From IMG/VR virus record IMGVR_UViG_3300038335_000071, positions 1-35,269 of that record: DNA of 35,269 nt; one strand, written 5' to 3'. Of the stretch, positions 8,995 to 17,248 are shown piece after piece. Origin of the DNA: a virus (taxonomy: Duplodnaviria > Caudoviricetes). A model generated the notes under the pieces. It saw nothing but the letters and a program-made list of their open reading frames with translations. It made no database searches and had not been told where the DNA came from. Both the position numbers and the translations under genes were made by a program. Every line of letters starts with the position of its first letter. Position 1 is the stretch's first letter.

Positions 8995-10333
8995 CTATCA
9001 GGTTTATGCAACAGAGTACCTCCTCCAGCATTCCATTGCTGCAATTCTGTTAGATATGGGTCTTGGCAAGTCAGTAATTACCCTGACGGCCATCTTTGAT
9101 TTAACCCTCGACAGCTTTCTGATTCGAAAGGTTCTGGTGATTGCCCCACTTCGTGTGGCTCGGGATACCTGGCCCGCTGAAATCGAGAAATGGGATCATA
9201 TCTCGGGTCTGAAATATGCTGTTGCTGTCGGCAGTGAACGGGAACGTAAAGCAGCGCTGCTGCAAAAAGCTCAGGTGCACCTTATCAACCGAGAAAACAT
9301 TGAATGGCTGGTCACCAAGAGCGGGCTGCCTTTCGACTATGACATGATAGTCATCGATGAACTGTCCTCCTTCAAATCCCATCAAGCTAAGCGATTTAAG
9401 AGCCTGCTGAAGGTACGGCCCGGTGTTAAGCGAATTGTTGGGCTTACAGGAACACCCTCCAGCAACGGTCTCATGGATCTGTGGGCAGAGTTTAGGCTTC
9501 TGGATATGGGACAGCGGCTCGGCCGATTTATCGGGAATTATCGGTCTACCTTCTTTATTCCTGATAAGCGGAATGCCCAGGTGGTTTTCTCCTATAAACC
9601 AAAGCCCGGTGCCGAAGAAGCCATATACGGGCTGATATCTGATATCACGATATCCATGAAGGGTAGCGACCATTTGAAGCTGCCGGAACTGGTGATGAAC
9701 GAAGTCCCTGTGCGGATGTCGCCAAGTGAGGAGCAACACTACCTGACCATGAAGGACGAGATGGTGTTGTCTCTTAAAGGCAAGGAGATTGATGCCGCAA
9801 ATGCAGCAGCCCTTTCCGGGAAGCTGCTGCAGATGGCAAATGGTGCGGTCTATGACGAAAACCACGAAGCCATCCACCTGCATGACCGAAAGCTTGATGC
9901 TCTTGAGGATCTGATCGAAGCGGCCAACGGGAAACCGGTGCTCATCGCCTACTGGTATAAGCATGATCTTGAGCGAATACTCGAGCGCTTCCCTGCTGTG
10001 CGTCTGGATACCGCTGAAAGCATCCGCAGGTGGAATGCTGGCGAGCTATCGCAAGCGGTTATTCACCCCGCATCAGCTGGACATGGTCTGAATTTACAAG
10101 CTGGTGGCTCCACCCTTGTGTGGTTCTCGCTGACCTGGAGTCTTGAGCTTTACCAGCAAACCAATGCCAGGCTTTGGCGGCAAGGACAAAAGGATACAGT
10201 GGTAATCCATCACCTCATTGCTAAGGGCACAATTGACGAACAGGTCATGAAGGCCCTTCGGCTGAAAGATAAAACCCAGTCCGCACTGATTGATGCGGTC
10301 AGGGCTACCCTAAATAAGGAGGCGGTTACATGA
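8975..10333 (+). CDS. SNF2-family phage helicase
   Basis: LDMGLGKS, VIDELS, LTGTP, GHGLNLQ, QTNARLWRQGQ; SD GGAGGG before ATG 8975. Confidence 0.93.
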   Translation: MRYEPHDYQVYATEYLLQHSIAAILLDMGLGKSVITLTAIFDLTLDSFLIRKVLVIAPLRVARDTWPAEIEKWDHISGLKYAVAVGSERERKAALLQKAQVHLINRENIEWLVTKSGLPFDYDMIVIDELSSFKSHQAKRFKSLLKVRPGVKRIVGLTGTPSSNGLMDLWAEFRLLDMGQRLGRFIGNYRSTFFIPDKRNAQVVFSYKPKPGAEEAIYGLISDITISMKGSDHLKLPELVMNEVPVRMSPSEEQHYLTMKDEMVLSLKGKEIDAANAAALSGKLLQMANGAVYDENHEAIHLHDRKLDALEDLIEAANGKPVLIAYWYKHDLERILERFPAVRLDTAESIRRWNAGELSQAVIHPASAGHGLNLQAGGSTLVWFSLTWSLELYQQTNARLWRQGQKDTVVIHHLIAKGTIDEQVMKALRLKDKTQSALIDAVRATLNKEAVT

Positions 10334-10779
10334 TTGCACTAAAATACATCAACAAGAACGCCGCTACTGTAGCCGCCATCCGCGACTACGAAAACATGCG
10401 GTTTATCATCAACAACACCCCGCAGGAAATCAAGGATGTGTATGCCCAGATGACTTCTCCAAGAGGGCCAAAGCTCTCGGGGATGCCGTCTGCAAGAAAC
10501 CCTCAGGCTGGAGCCGACAAGCTGGCAGCACAGATCGACAAGCTGGACATTCTGCGGGAGCGCTACAGCCAGGCCATTGAGTACATGACTTGGTTTGAGC
10601 CTGCATGGTCCAGTTTGACTGATACCGAGCAGCGCATCCTTACCGAGTTCTATATGACAGACAACCAGAAATCCGGCGCGACCTATCGCCTGATGGATGA
10701 ACTTCGCTACAGCGAAAGCCATATCGAGCGGCTCCGGTCGAATGCCCTGAATCATCTTAGGAGCCTTCTTTACTGTTGA
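10330..10779 (+). CDS. Probable late transcriptional activator (RinA/ArpU-like)
   Basis: Last gene of the replication module; C-terminal sigma4-like HTH (LTDTEQRILTEFY...YSESHIERLRSNAL). Confidence 0.65.
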   Translation: MIALKYINKNAATVAAIRDYENMRFIINNTPQEIKDVYAQMTSPRGPKLSGMPSARNPQAGADKLAAQIDKLDILRERYSQAIEYMTWFEPAWSSLTDTEQRILTEFYMTDNQKSGATYRLMDELRYSESHIERLRSNALNHLRSLLYC

Positions 10780-10834
10780 TCAATAAATACTAACACATAT
10801 TTTTTGTAGTAAATAGAAATACTACAAAATACTA

Positions 10835-10863
10835 TTTACAAGTAACTGCAAAAATGATATAGT
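10835..10863 (+). promoter_or_regulatory. SigA-type promoter of the RelB-fusion moron
   Basis: TTTACA-17 bp-TATAGT with an extended -10 TG, in an AT-rich intergenic region. Confidence 0.7.
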
Positions 10864-10904
10864 AAATTCAGGTAAAGCAATAGTAAATTATGGAGGTGTT
10901 CATT

Positions 10905-11498
10905 ATGGCAAAGCTAGAAATCAATATTGAGGATGCAACCTTACATGAGGCAGAGAAGATCCTTCACTCTCTCGGGATGAATACGGAGATTGCAGTCAAC
11001 ATTTTTCTTAGGCGAGTCGCGATAGAAAAGGGCTTACCTATGACGATGGCGGCTCCGGTTTCAAGTCAAGCAGAGCCTGACGATTATGAGGACCCTAGCG
11101 AAGCGATTGATTATGACTCCATTCAGGTCACACGCAGCAATAACAAGATCACCCCGGTTATGGTCGAGGAAGTTTGGCGTTCGTTCTTAAGGCATCTTGA
11201 AGGTTCTGGTGAAATCAATCGATTGAGCACGGAGGTGTCAACTAAAACAGGGATGAACCGTGGCAGCGCGTTTATCTATCTGAACATTCTCGCCAACCTT
11301 GCCAAGGGTGAACCCAACACCCGCACCATGAAAATGCATGATCTTGAGTACTACATGGAAAAAATCAAAAAGGAACTCGGTGATAAAAAGTACCAGGCTG
11401 CATTAAAATCACTGAGCTCGTCCGTCCCTTATTGGCAGGAGAAGCTGTCCGGTAGCTTTGGTGATAAGGTAGAGGCGTACTGCAAGAAGCACTCATAA
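10905..11498 (+). CDS. RelB/DinJ-like antitoxin domain fused to an unknown helical C-terminal domain (moron)
   Basis: SD GGAGGTG. N-terminal INIEDATLHEAEKILHSLGMNTEIAVNIFLRRVAIEKGLP fits RelB/DinJ; acidic linker; extra domain of ~120 aa. Confidence 0.75.
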   Translation: MAKLEINIEDATLHEAEKILHSLGMNTEIAVNIFLRRVAIEKGLPMTMAAPVSSQAEPDDYEDPSEAIDYDSIQVTRSNNKITPVMVEEVWRSFLRHLEGSGEINRLSTEVSTKTGMNRGSAFIYLNILANLAKGEPNTRTMKMHDLEYYMEKIKKELGDKKYQAALKSLSSSVPYWQEKLSGSFGDKVEAYCKKHS

Positions 11499-11501
11499 AG
11501 A

Positions 11502-11545
11502 TGAGGGAATTCTGAGGGAGTGTTTGCTTAAAGGCATAGTATAAT
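11502..11545 (+). promoter_or_regulatory. Probable activator-dependent late promoter
   Basis: TGAGGGA direct repeats at 11502 and 11513 over the -35 region; TATAAT at 11540-11545. Confidence 0.6.
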
Positions 11546-11566
11546 AATAGTATCGAAAGCTATATC

Positions 11567-11599
11567 AAGAGCCTTCGCGGAAAACCGCGGGGGCTTTTT
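11567..11599 (+). terminator. Terminator-like hairpin before HNH
   Basis: AAGAGCCTTCGCGG-AAAA-CCGCGGGGGCTTTT followed by T. Confidence 0.65.
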
Positions 11600-11625
11600 G
11601 CATGCCCAAAACGAGGTGAAGCCCA

Positions 11626-11988
11626 GTGCCATTTAAACCAAAACGGCCGTGCTCCCACCCCGGCTGCCCGAAGCTAACGGACGGACGGTTCTGTGAGGAA
11701 CACGCCATACAGGAAGCAAAACGCTACGAAAAGTACGACCGAGATCCTGCCGCAAGAAAACGGTACGGCCGGACCTGGAAACGGACACGAGACAGATACA
11801 TTGCTGCCCACCCACTCTGCGAGCAGTGTCAGAAGAACAGCAAGACCACACCGGCCACAGAGGTCCACCACATCAAGCCACTGTCGCGTGGCGGCAGCAA
11901 CGACTTCACGAACCTAATGGCGCTTTGCACGCCCTGTCACTCAGAGATCACTGCTCGCGAAGGAGGTCGCTGGGGACGCAAGGACTGA
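11626..11988 (+). CDS. HNH endonuclease (HK97 gp74-like packaging cofactor)
   Basis: HPLCEQC...HHIKPL..GG...NLMALCTPCH; directly upstream of TerS. Confidence 0.92.
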   Translation: MPFKPKRPCSHPGCPKLTDGRFCEEHAIQEAKRYEKYDRDPAARKRYGRTWKRTRDRYIAAHPLCEQCQKNSKTTPATEVHHIKPLSRGGSNDFTNLMALCTPCHSEITAREGGRWGRKD

Positions 11989-12090
11989 CCCCCAGGGGCG
12001 GTCTTAATCTCTGTGACCTTTATGGTGTGGAACGGGCGTGGGGCTTCGTGTTGAAAAACGCAAAATCAAACGGGGTAATAGGCCCCCTGC
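11989..12090. other. Candidate cos region
   Basis: Non-coding gap between HNH and TerS with G-rich elements (GGGGCGG, AACGGGCGTGGGGC), the usual cos position in HK97-like phages. Cut site not determined. Confidence 0.5.
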
Positions 12091-12107
12091 AAAAGGAGGT
12101 ACGCCGA

Positions 12108-12659
12108 TTGGCAAAAGACGGTACAAACAGAGGAGGCGCACGAGTCGGCGCGGGTGCGAAGAAGAAACCTCTCGCCGACAAAATAGCGGAAGGAAATCCG
12201 GGCGGCAGAAAGCTGACACTTATGGAGTTTTCGGATACCGCAGACCTAAAAGGCCAGGCGATGCCCGAACCAAACAAAATGCTCGAGGCTGTTCAAAAAG
12301 ACGGCAAGGCGCTTGTTGCGGGCGGAATCTACAAGTCCACATGGAGGTGGTTGAATGAACGTGGCTGCGCCGAGCTGGTGTCACCGCAGCTTCTGGAACG
12401 ATATGCCATGAGCGTGGCCCGGTGGATCCAGTGCGAGGAGGCGGTCACCGAATACGGATTTTTGGCAAAGCATCCCACAACGGGCAATGCGATCCAAAGT
12501 CCATATGTGGCGATGGGTCAGAACTATATGAACCAGACAAACCGTTTGTGGTTTGAGATTTTCCAGATCGTAAAGGAAAACAGCACCGGTGAATACAGTG
12601 GTGCAAATCCGCAGGATGATGTGATGGAGCGGCTTTTATCCGCTAGGAAAGGAAAATGA
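12108..12659 (+). CDS. terS: Terminase small subunit (P27 family)
   Basis: SD AAGGAGGT then TTG 12108. RGGARVGAG.KKKP, GNPGGRKL, HPTTGNAIQSPY. Confidence 0.88.
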   Translation: MAKDGTNRGGARVGAGAKKKPLADKIAEGNPGGRKLTLMEFSDTADLKGQAMPEPNKMLEAVQKDGKALVAGGIYKSTWRWLNERGCAELVSPQLLERYAMSVARWIQCEEAVTEYGFLAKHPTTGNAIQSPYVAMGQNYMNQTNRLWFEIFQIVKENSTGEYSGANPQDDVMERLLSARKGK

Positions 12660-13897
12660 AAAATATGGAGATAGAAAAGATTGAAACGAAATTACTCATC
12701 CCTGCCGAATACAATCCGAGGAAGGATTTGAAACCAGGCGACCCGGAGTATGAGAAGCTGAAACGCTCTCTTGAAGTGTTTGGATATGTGGAACCGGTTA
12801 TCTGGAACAAGAGCACAGGTAGGGTCATCGGCGGACATCAGCGTTTGAAAATCCTGCTTAGTATGGGCATGGATGAGATAGAATGCGTGGTTGTCGAGAT
12901 GGATGAGGAAAAGGAAAAGGCACTTAATATCGCTCTGAATAAAATAGGCGGCGACTGGGACAAAGAAAAACTGACGCTTCTCATTACAGACTTGAATGTT
13001 TCAACCTTCGATGTGTCTCTGACGGGTTTTGATCCGGGGGAGATTGACGATCTTTTCAAAGATTCGATTAAAGATAAAATAAAAGAAGATGATTTCGATG
13101 TGGACAGCGAGCTGAAAAAGCCCGCTGTTTCTCGTTTAGGGGATGTTTGGATCCTAGGTCGGCACCGATTGGTCTGCGGAGACAGTACGAAAAAGGACAC
13201 ATTTGATGTCCTGATGGATGGGAAAGTCGCCAATCTTACGGTAACGGATCCCCCATACAACGTCAATTACGAGGGAACCGCCGGAAAAATAAAAAATGAC
13301 AACATGGACAATCAATCGTTCTACGATTTTCTGTTTGCGGCATTTACTAACATGGAATCGGCAATGGCACAGGACGCATCCATTTACGTGTTCCATGCCG
13401 ATACCGAAGGGCTCAATTTCCGCAAAGCTTTTGTGGATGCGGGATTCTATCTTTCCGGTACTTGCATTTGGAAGAAGCAATCGCTCGTTCTTGGCCGTTC
13501 GCCGTATCAGTGGCAACATGAACCGGTGCTGTTTGGCTGGAAAAAGAAAGGTAAGCATCTCTGGTATTCCGATCGCAAGCAGACGACCATCTGGGAGTTT
13601 GAAAAACCCAAGAAAAATAGCGACCATCCCACCATGAAACCGGTGGCGCTTGTAGCCTATCCAATCATGAATTCAAGCCTTACAAATTGTATCGTGCTCG
13701 ATCCGTTTGGTGGTTCAGGAAGTACGCTGATTGCCTGCGAGCAGACAGATAGGATCTGCTTCACCATTGAACTGGACGAAAAATACTGTGATGTCATCGT
13801 AAAGCGGTATATTGAGCATATGGGAAATGCAGACGGTGTAGTTCTTATAAGAGGCAGGATTGAGCACCGATTCCATGATCTTCCAGACAAAGAATAG
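12656..13897 (+). CDS. ParB-like N-terminal domain + N6/N4 DNA methyltransferase (beta class)
   Basis: YNPRKDL and GGHQR (ParB-like); catalytic DPPY precedes HPTMKP and SAM-binding DPFGGSGS. Confidence 0.92.
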   Translation: MKNMEIEKIETKLLIPAEYNPRKDLKPGDPEYEKLKRSLEVFGYVEPVIWNKSTGRVIGGHQRLKILLSMGMDEIECVVVEMDEEKEKALNIALNKIGGDWDKEKLTLLITDLNVSTFDVSLTGFDPGEIDDLFKDSIKDKIKEDDFDVDSELKKPAVSRLGDVWILGRHRLVCGDSTKKDTFDVLMDGKVANLTVTDPPYNVNYEGTAGKIKNDNMDNQSFYDFLFAAFTNMESAMAQDASIYVFHADTEGLNFRKAFVDAGFYLSGTCIWKKQSLVLGRSPYQWQHEPVLFGWKKKGKHLWYSDRKQTTIWEFEKPKKNSDHPTMKPVALVAYPIMNSSLTNCIVLDPFGGSGSTLIACEQTDRICFTIELDEKYCDVIVKRYIEHMGNADGVVLIRGRIEHRFHDLPDKE

Positions 13898-13993
13898 TAA
13901 AACTATAAAATGTACGCATTGCTATTATCTACGTTTAGAGTGATATATGTACATACCGAAAGGGAAAAACACACTGAACGGAGGAACAAGAAT

Positions 13994-14218
13994 ATGTGGA
14001 GTGAAGGCAGCATCAAGATTGGCAGCAACATCATTCGTTACTGGATAAAGCATTTTGAGGAAGCTTCTGTGTTTGGAATTGAGGAAGGGCGCATTTCCAA
14101 GCTGATGCTTAAATGCGCCGGCAGGGTCATCGCAAACTACGATCGAGGTTGGGACATTGAACCTTCCGGTAATGACGCAGAGATAGCACTCGCCATTCTG
14201 ATGGAAAAGTACAACTAA
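13994..14218 (+). CDS. Small moron-like phage protein (74 aa)
   Basis: SD GGAGG then ATG 13994. GRISKL and NYDRGWD motifs seen in related prophages. Confidence 0.75.
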   Translation: MWSEGSIKIGSNIIRYWIKHFEEASVFGIEEGRISKLMLKCAGRVIANYDRGWDIEPSGNDAEIALAILMEKYN

Positions 14219-14276
14219 CCACAAACGTGAGAACTGCGCTGGGAACGGCTCTGTATCTCGTACATATGGATTTTGG

Positions 14277-14303
14277 AGGCTTGCTGACCGCAAGTCTATT
14301 TTT
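14277..14303 (+). terminator. Terminator-like hairpin before terL
   Basis: AGGCTTGC-TGACC-GCAAGTCT followed by ATTTTT. Confidence 0.55.
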
Positions 14304-14327
14304 ATGCCTGGAAGGAGGTGAGCGCAT

Positions 14328-15929
14328 ATCCGAAAACTGAAAAAGTATACACCGACTTCTTTCATGGCCAAAGACTCTTACTACAGCAAGGAGAAGGCGG
14401 ATTATGCAGTCGGCTTCATTGAGTGCCTTTCCCACACCAAAGGCACCTGGGCGGGAAAGCCATTTGAACTGATAGACTGGCAGGAGCAGATTATCCGGGA
14501 TGTGTTCGGGACGCTGAAACCTAATGGGTACCGGCAGTTCAATACCGCCTATGTGGAGATACCTAAGAAGATGGGGAAAAGTGAGCTTGCGGCGGCTGTT
14601 GCCCTGCTGCTCACCTGTGGCGACAACGAGGAACGGGCCGAGGTTTACGGCTGTGCCGCAGATCGAAACCAGGCATCAATCGTTTTCAACGTGGCGGCTG
14701 ATATGGTGAGGATGTGCCCGGCTTTATCCAAGCGGGTGAAAATCCTTGACTCACAGAAAAGGCTCATTTATCTGCCAACCGGCAGCATATACCAGGTGCT
14801 GTCCGCCGATGTTGGAAACAAGCACGGTTTCAACACCCATGGGGTCGTTTTCGATGAGCTGCATACCCAGCCGAATAGAAAGTTATACGATGTCATGACC
14901 AAAGGCAGTGGCGATGCCAGGATGCAGCCCCTGTATTTTCTGATCACCACCGCCGGGGACAACCAGAACAGCATCTGCTGGGAAGTACACCAAAAGGCTC
15001 TGGACATCATGAACGGCAGAAAACACGATTCCACCTTCTATCCCGTTATTTATGGTGCGGCTGCAGAAGATGACTGGTCCGACCAAAAGGTGTGGAAAAA
15101 AGCAAATCCATCGCTAGGCATCACGGTCAGCATGGATAAAGTCAAGGCGGCGTTTGAATCAGCAAGACAGAATCCTGCTGAAGAGAACAGCTTCCGGCAG
15201 CTTAGGCTGAACCAGTGGGTCAAGCAGGCTGTGCGCTGGATGCCTATGGACAAGTGGGATGCATGCGCTTTTGCGGTCGACCTAGAAATTCTGCGGGGGC
15301 GAGTCTGCTATGGTGGGCTCGACCTTTCGTCGTCCACGGACATCACGGCATTTGTACTGGTCTTTCCTCCGCTTGATGAAGAAGATAAATACGTTGTTCT
15401 TCCATACTTTTGGATACCGGAAGACAACATCGACCTGCGAGTCCGCCGTGACCATGTGAACTATGATGTTTGGAAGAAACAAGGATTTTTACTGACAACC
15501 GAAGGCAATGTGGTGCATTACGGCTTCATCGAAACATTTATTGAGGATCTTGGAATGAAATACAACATTCGCGAGATAGCTTTTGACCGCTGGGGAGCGG
15601 TTCAGATGACACAGAACCTCGAAAACCTTGGGTTCGCGGTCGTGCCTTTCGGTCAAGGATTCAAGGATATGTCCCCTCCGACAAAGGAGCTGATGAAGCT
15701 TATCCTGGAGCAGAAAATCGCCCACGGCGGTCATCCGGTGCTCCGATGGATGATGGATAACATCTACATAAGGACCGATCCAGCCGGAAACATCAAATCC
15801 GACAAGGAAAAATCCACAGAGAAGATAGACGGTGCCGTGGCGACCATTATGGCGCTTGACCGTGCGATACGCTGTGGTGGATCACCGGGAACATCGGTTT
15901 ATGACGAAAGGGGACTATTGATTCTATGA
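14328..15929 (+). CDS. terL: Terminase large subunit (probable ATC start at 14328; first ATG at 14364)
   Basis: Walker A KKMGKSEL, Walker B VVFDELH, ITTAG, GGLDLS, KIDGAVA. SD AAGGAGGTG 7 nt before an in-frame ATC. Confidence 0.95.
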   Translation: MRKLKKYTPTSFMAKDSYYSKEKADYAVGFIECLSHTKGTWAGKPFELIDWQEQIIRDVFGTLKPNGYRQFNTAYVEIPKKMGKSELAAAVALLLTCGDNEERAEVYGCAADRNQASIVFNVAADMVRMCPALSKRVKILDSQKRLIYLPTGSIYQVLSADVGNKHGFNTHGVVFDELHTQPNRKLYDVMTKGSGDARMQPLYFLITTAGDNQNSICWEVHQKALDIMNGRKHDSTFYPVIYGAAAEDDWSDQKVWKKANPSLGITVSMDKVKAAFESARQNPAEENSFRQLRLNQWVKQAVRWMPMDKWDACAFAVDLEILRGRVCYGGLDLSSSTDITAFVLVFPPLDEEDKYVVLPYFWIPEDNIDLRVRRDHVNYDVWKKQGFLLTTEGNVVHYGFIETFIEDLGMKYNIREIAFDRWGAVQMTQNLENLGFAVVPFGQGFKDMSPPTKELMKLILEQKIAHGGHPVLRWMMDNIYIRTDPAGNIKSDKEKSTEKIDGAVATIMALDRAIRCGGSPGTSVYDERGLLIL

Positions 15930-17248
15930 ATATATTCAGCAAGATTTTTAAGGTGAGGGATAAACCCGAAAACAGCCTCACAGGAACCAACTATTCCTTT
16001 TTCTTCGGAAGTACAACCAGCGGAAAGCCTGTGACGGAAAGCACCGCGATGCAGATGACCGCGGTTTACTCTTGTGTGAGGATACTTTCAGAGGCGGTGG
16101 CTGGACTTCCGCTTCACCTATACCGGTATAACGATTCCGGAGGTAAAGAAAAGGCAGTCGATCATCCCCTATATTTCCTGCTTCACGATGAAGCAAACCC
16201 TGAGATGACTTCATTTTCCTTTCGAGAAACGCTGATGAGCCATCTTTTATTATGGGGAAATGCTTATGCCCAGATCATCCGAAATGGGCGGGGAGAAGTG
16301 ATAGCTTTGTATCCGCTCATGCCTAACCGCATGACAGTGGATCGGGATGCTGCCGGACGGCTTTGCTACCTTTACTCCAGAACATCGGAGGATGCGCCAA
16401 CGTTAAGCAGCAGATCAAGCCAGGTTGTTCTCAACCCTTCCGATGTCCTTCATATTCCGGGTCTGGGCTTTGATGGACTTGTAGGTTATTCGCCAATCGC
16501 TATGGCCAAAAACGCCATCGGTATGGCCATCGCCTGCGAGGAGTATGGTGCGAAGTTTTTCGCCAACGGTGCGGCGCCGGGCGGTGTTCTGGAACACCCT
16601 GGTGTGGTCAAAGACCCGGCAAAAGTAAGGGAAAGCTGGAACTCTGTCTATCAGGGCAGCACCAACTCCCATCGTGTGGCGGTTCTTGAGGAAGGCATGA
16701 AATACCAGACGATCGGAATCTCGCCAGAGCAAGCCCAATTTTTAGAAACACGCAAGTTTCAGATCAATGAGATTGCCCGTATATTCCGGATACCGCCGCA
16801 CATGATCGGCGACCTTGAGAAGTCGAGTTTCTCCAATATCGAGCAACAGTCGTTGGAGTTTGTAAAGTATACTCTTGACCCGTGGGTGGTGCGCTGGGAG
16901 CAGACGATGCAGCGGGTGCTTTTTACGAGTACGGAAAAAAGACAGTATTTCATCAAATTCAATGTGGACGGACTACTTCGCGGCGACTACCAAAGCCGGA
17001 TGAACGGCTATGCCACCGCCAGGCAAAATGGCTGGTTGTCCTCCAATGACATTCGTGAACTTGAAAATCTTGACCGCATCTCCGTCGACCTTGGCGGTGA
17101 CCTGTATCTCATCAATGGAAATATGACAAAGCTCTCGGATGCGGGAGCTTTTGCCGGTACGACGACCCAAAAGGAGGAAGAAAAAGTTGAAAGCAACGAC
17201 ACAAAGCAGAAGTCAAAAGAACGACCCGTTCCAAATCTCAAGACCTGA
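15926..17248 (+). CDS. HK97-family portal protein
   Basis: AVYSCVRIL, LLLWGNAY, GYSPI, EIARIFRIPP, SNIEQQ. Confidence 0.95.
   Translation: MNIFSKIFKVRDKPENSLTGTNYSFFFGSTTSGKPVTESTAMQMTAVYSCVRILSEAVAGLPLHLYRYNDSGGKEKAVDHPLYFLLHDEANPEMTSFSFRETLMSHLLLWGNAYAQIIRNGRGEVIALYPLMPNRMTVDRDAAGRLCYLYSRTSEDAPTLSSRSSQVVLNPSDVLHIPGLGFDGLVGYSPIAMAKNAIGMAIACEEYGAKFFANGAAPGGVLEHPGVVKDPAKVRESWNSVYQGSTNSHRVAVLEEGMKYQTIGISPEQAQFLETRKFQINEIARIFRIPPHMIGDLEKSSFSNIEQQSLEFVKYTLDPWVVRWEQTMQRVLFTSTEKRQYFIKFNVDGLLRGDYQSRMNGYATARQNGWLSSNDIRELENLDRISVDLGGDLYLINGNMTKLSDAGAFAGTTTQKEEEKVESNDTKQKSKERPVPNLKT

Noticed and set aside
9101-9964. 287-aa minus-strand ORF and other antisense ORFs
   Set aside because: They lie wholly opposite well-conserved genes and show no recognisable motifs; treated as shadow ORFs.
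10905-11988. RelB-fusion plus HNH as a toxin-antitoxin pair
   Set aside because: The HNH is a typical packaging-associated gp74-like gene, separated from the moron by a promoter and hairpin.
11826-12107. N-terminal extension of TerS
   Set aside because: It overlaps HNH and the cos gap; a strong SD precedes TTG 12108.
14229-14262. Possible structured ncRNA after the 74-aa gene
   Set aside because: Only an imperfect stem (GAGA...GCTG/CGGC...TCTC) is visible; not supportable without covariation data.
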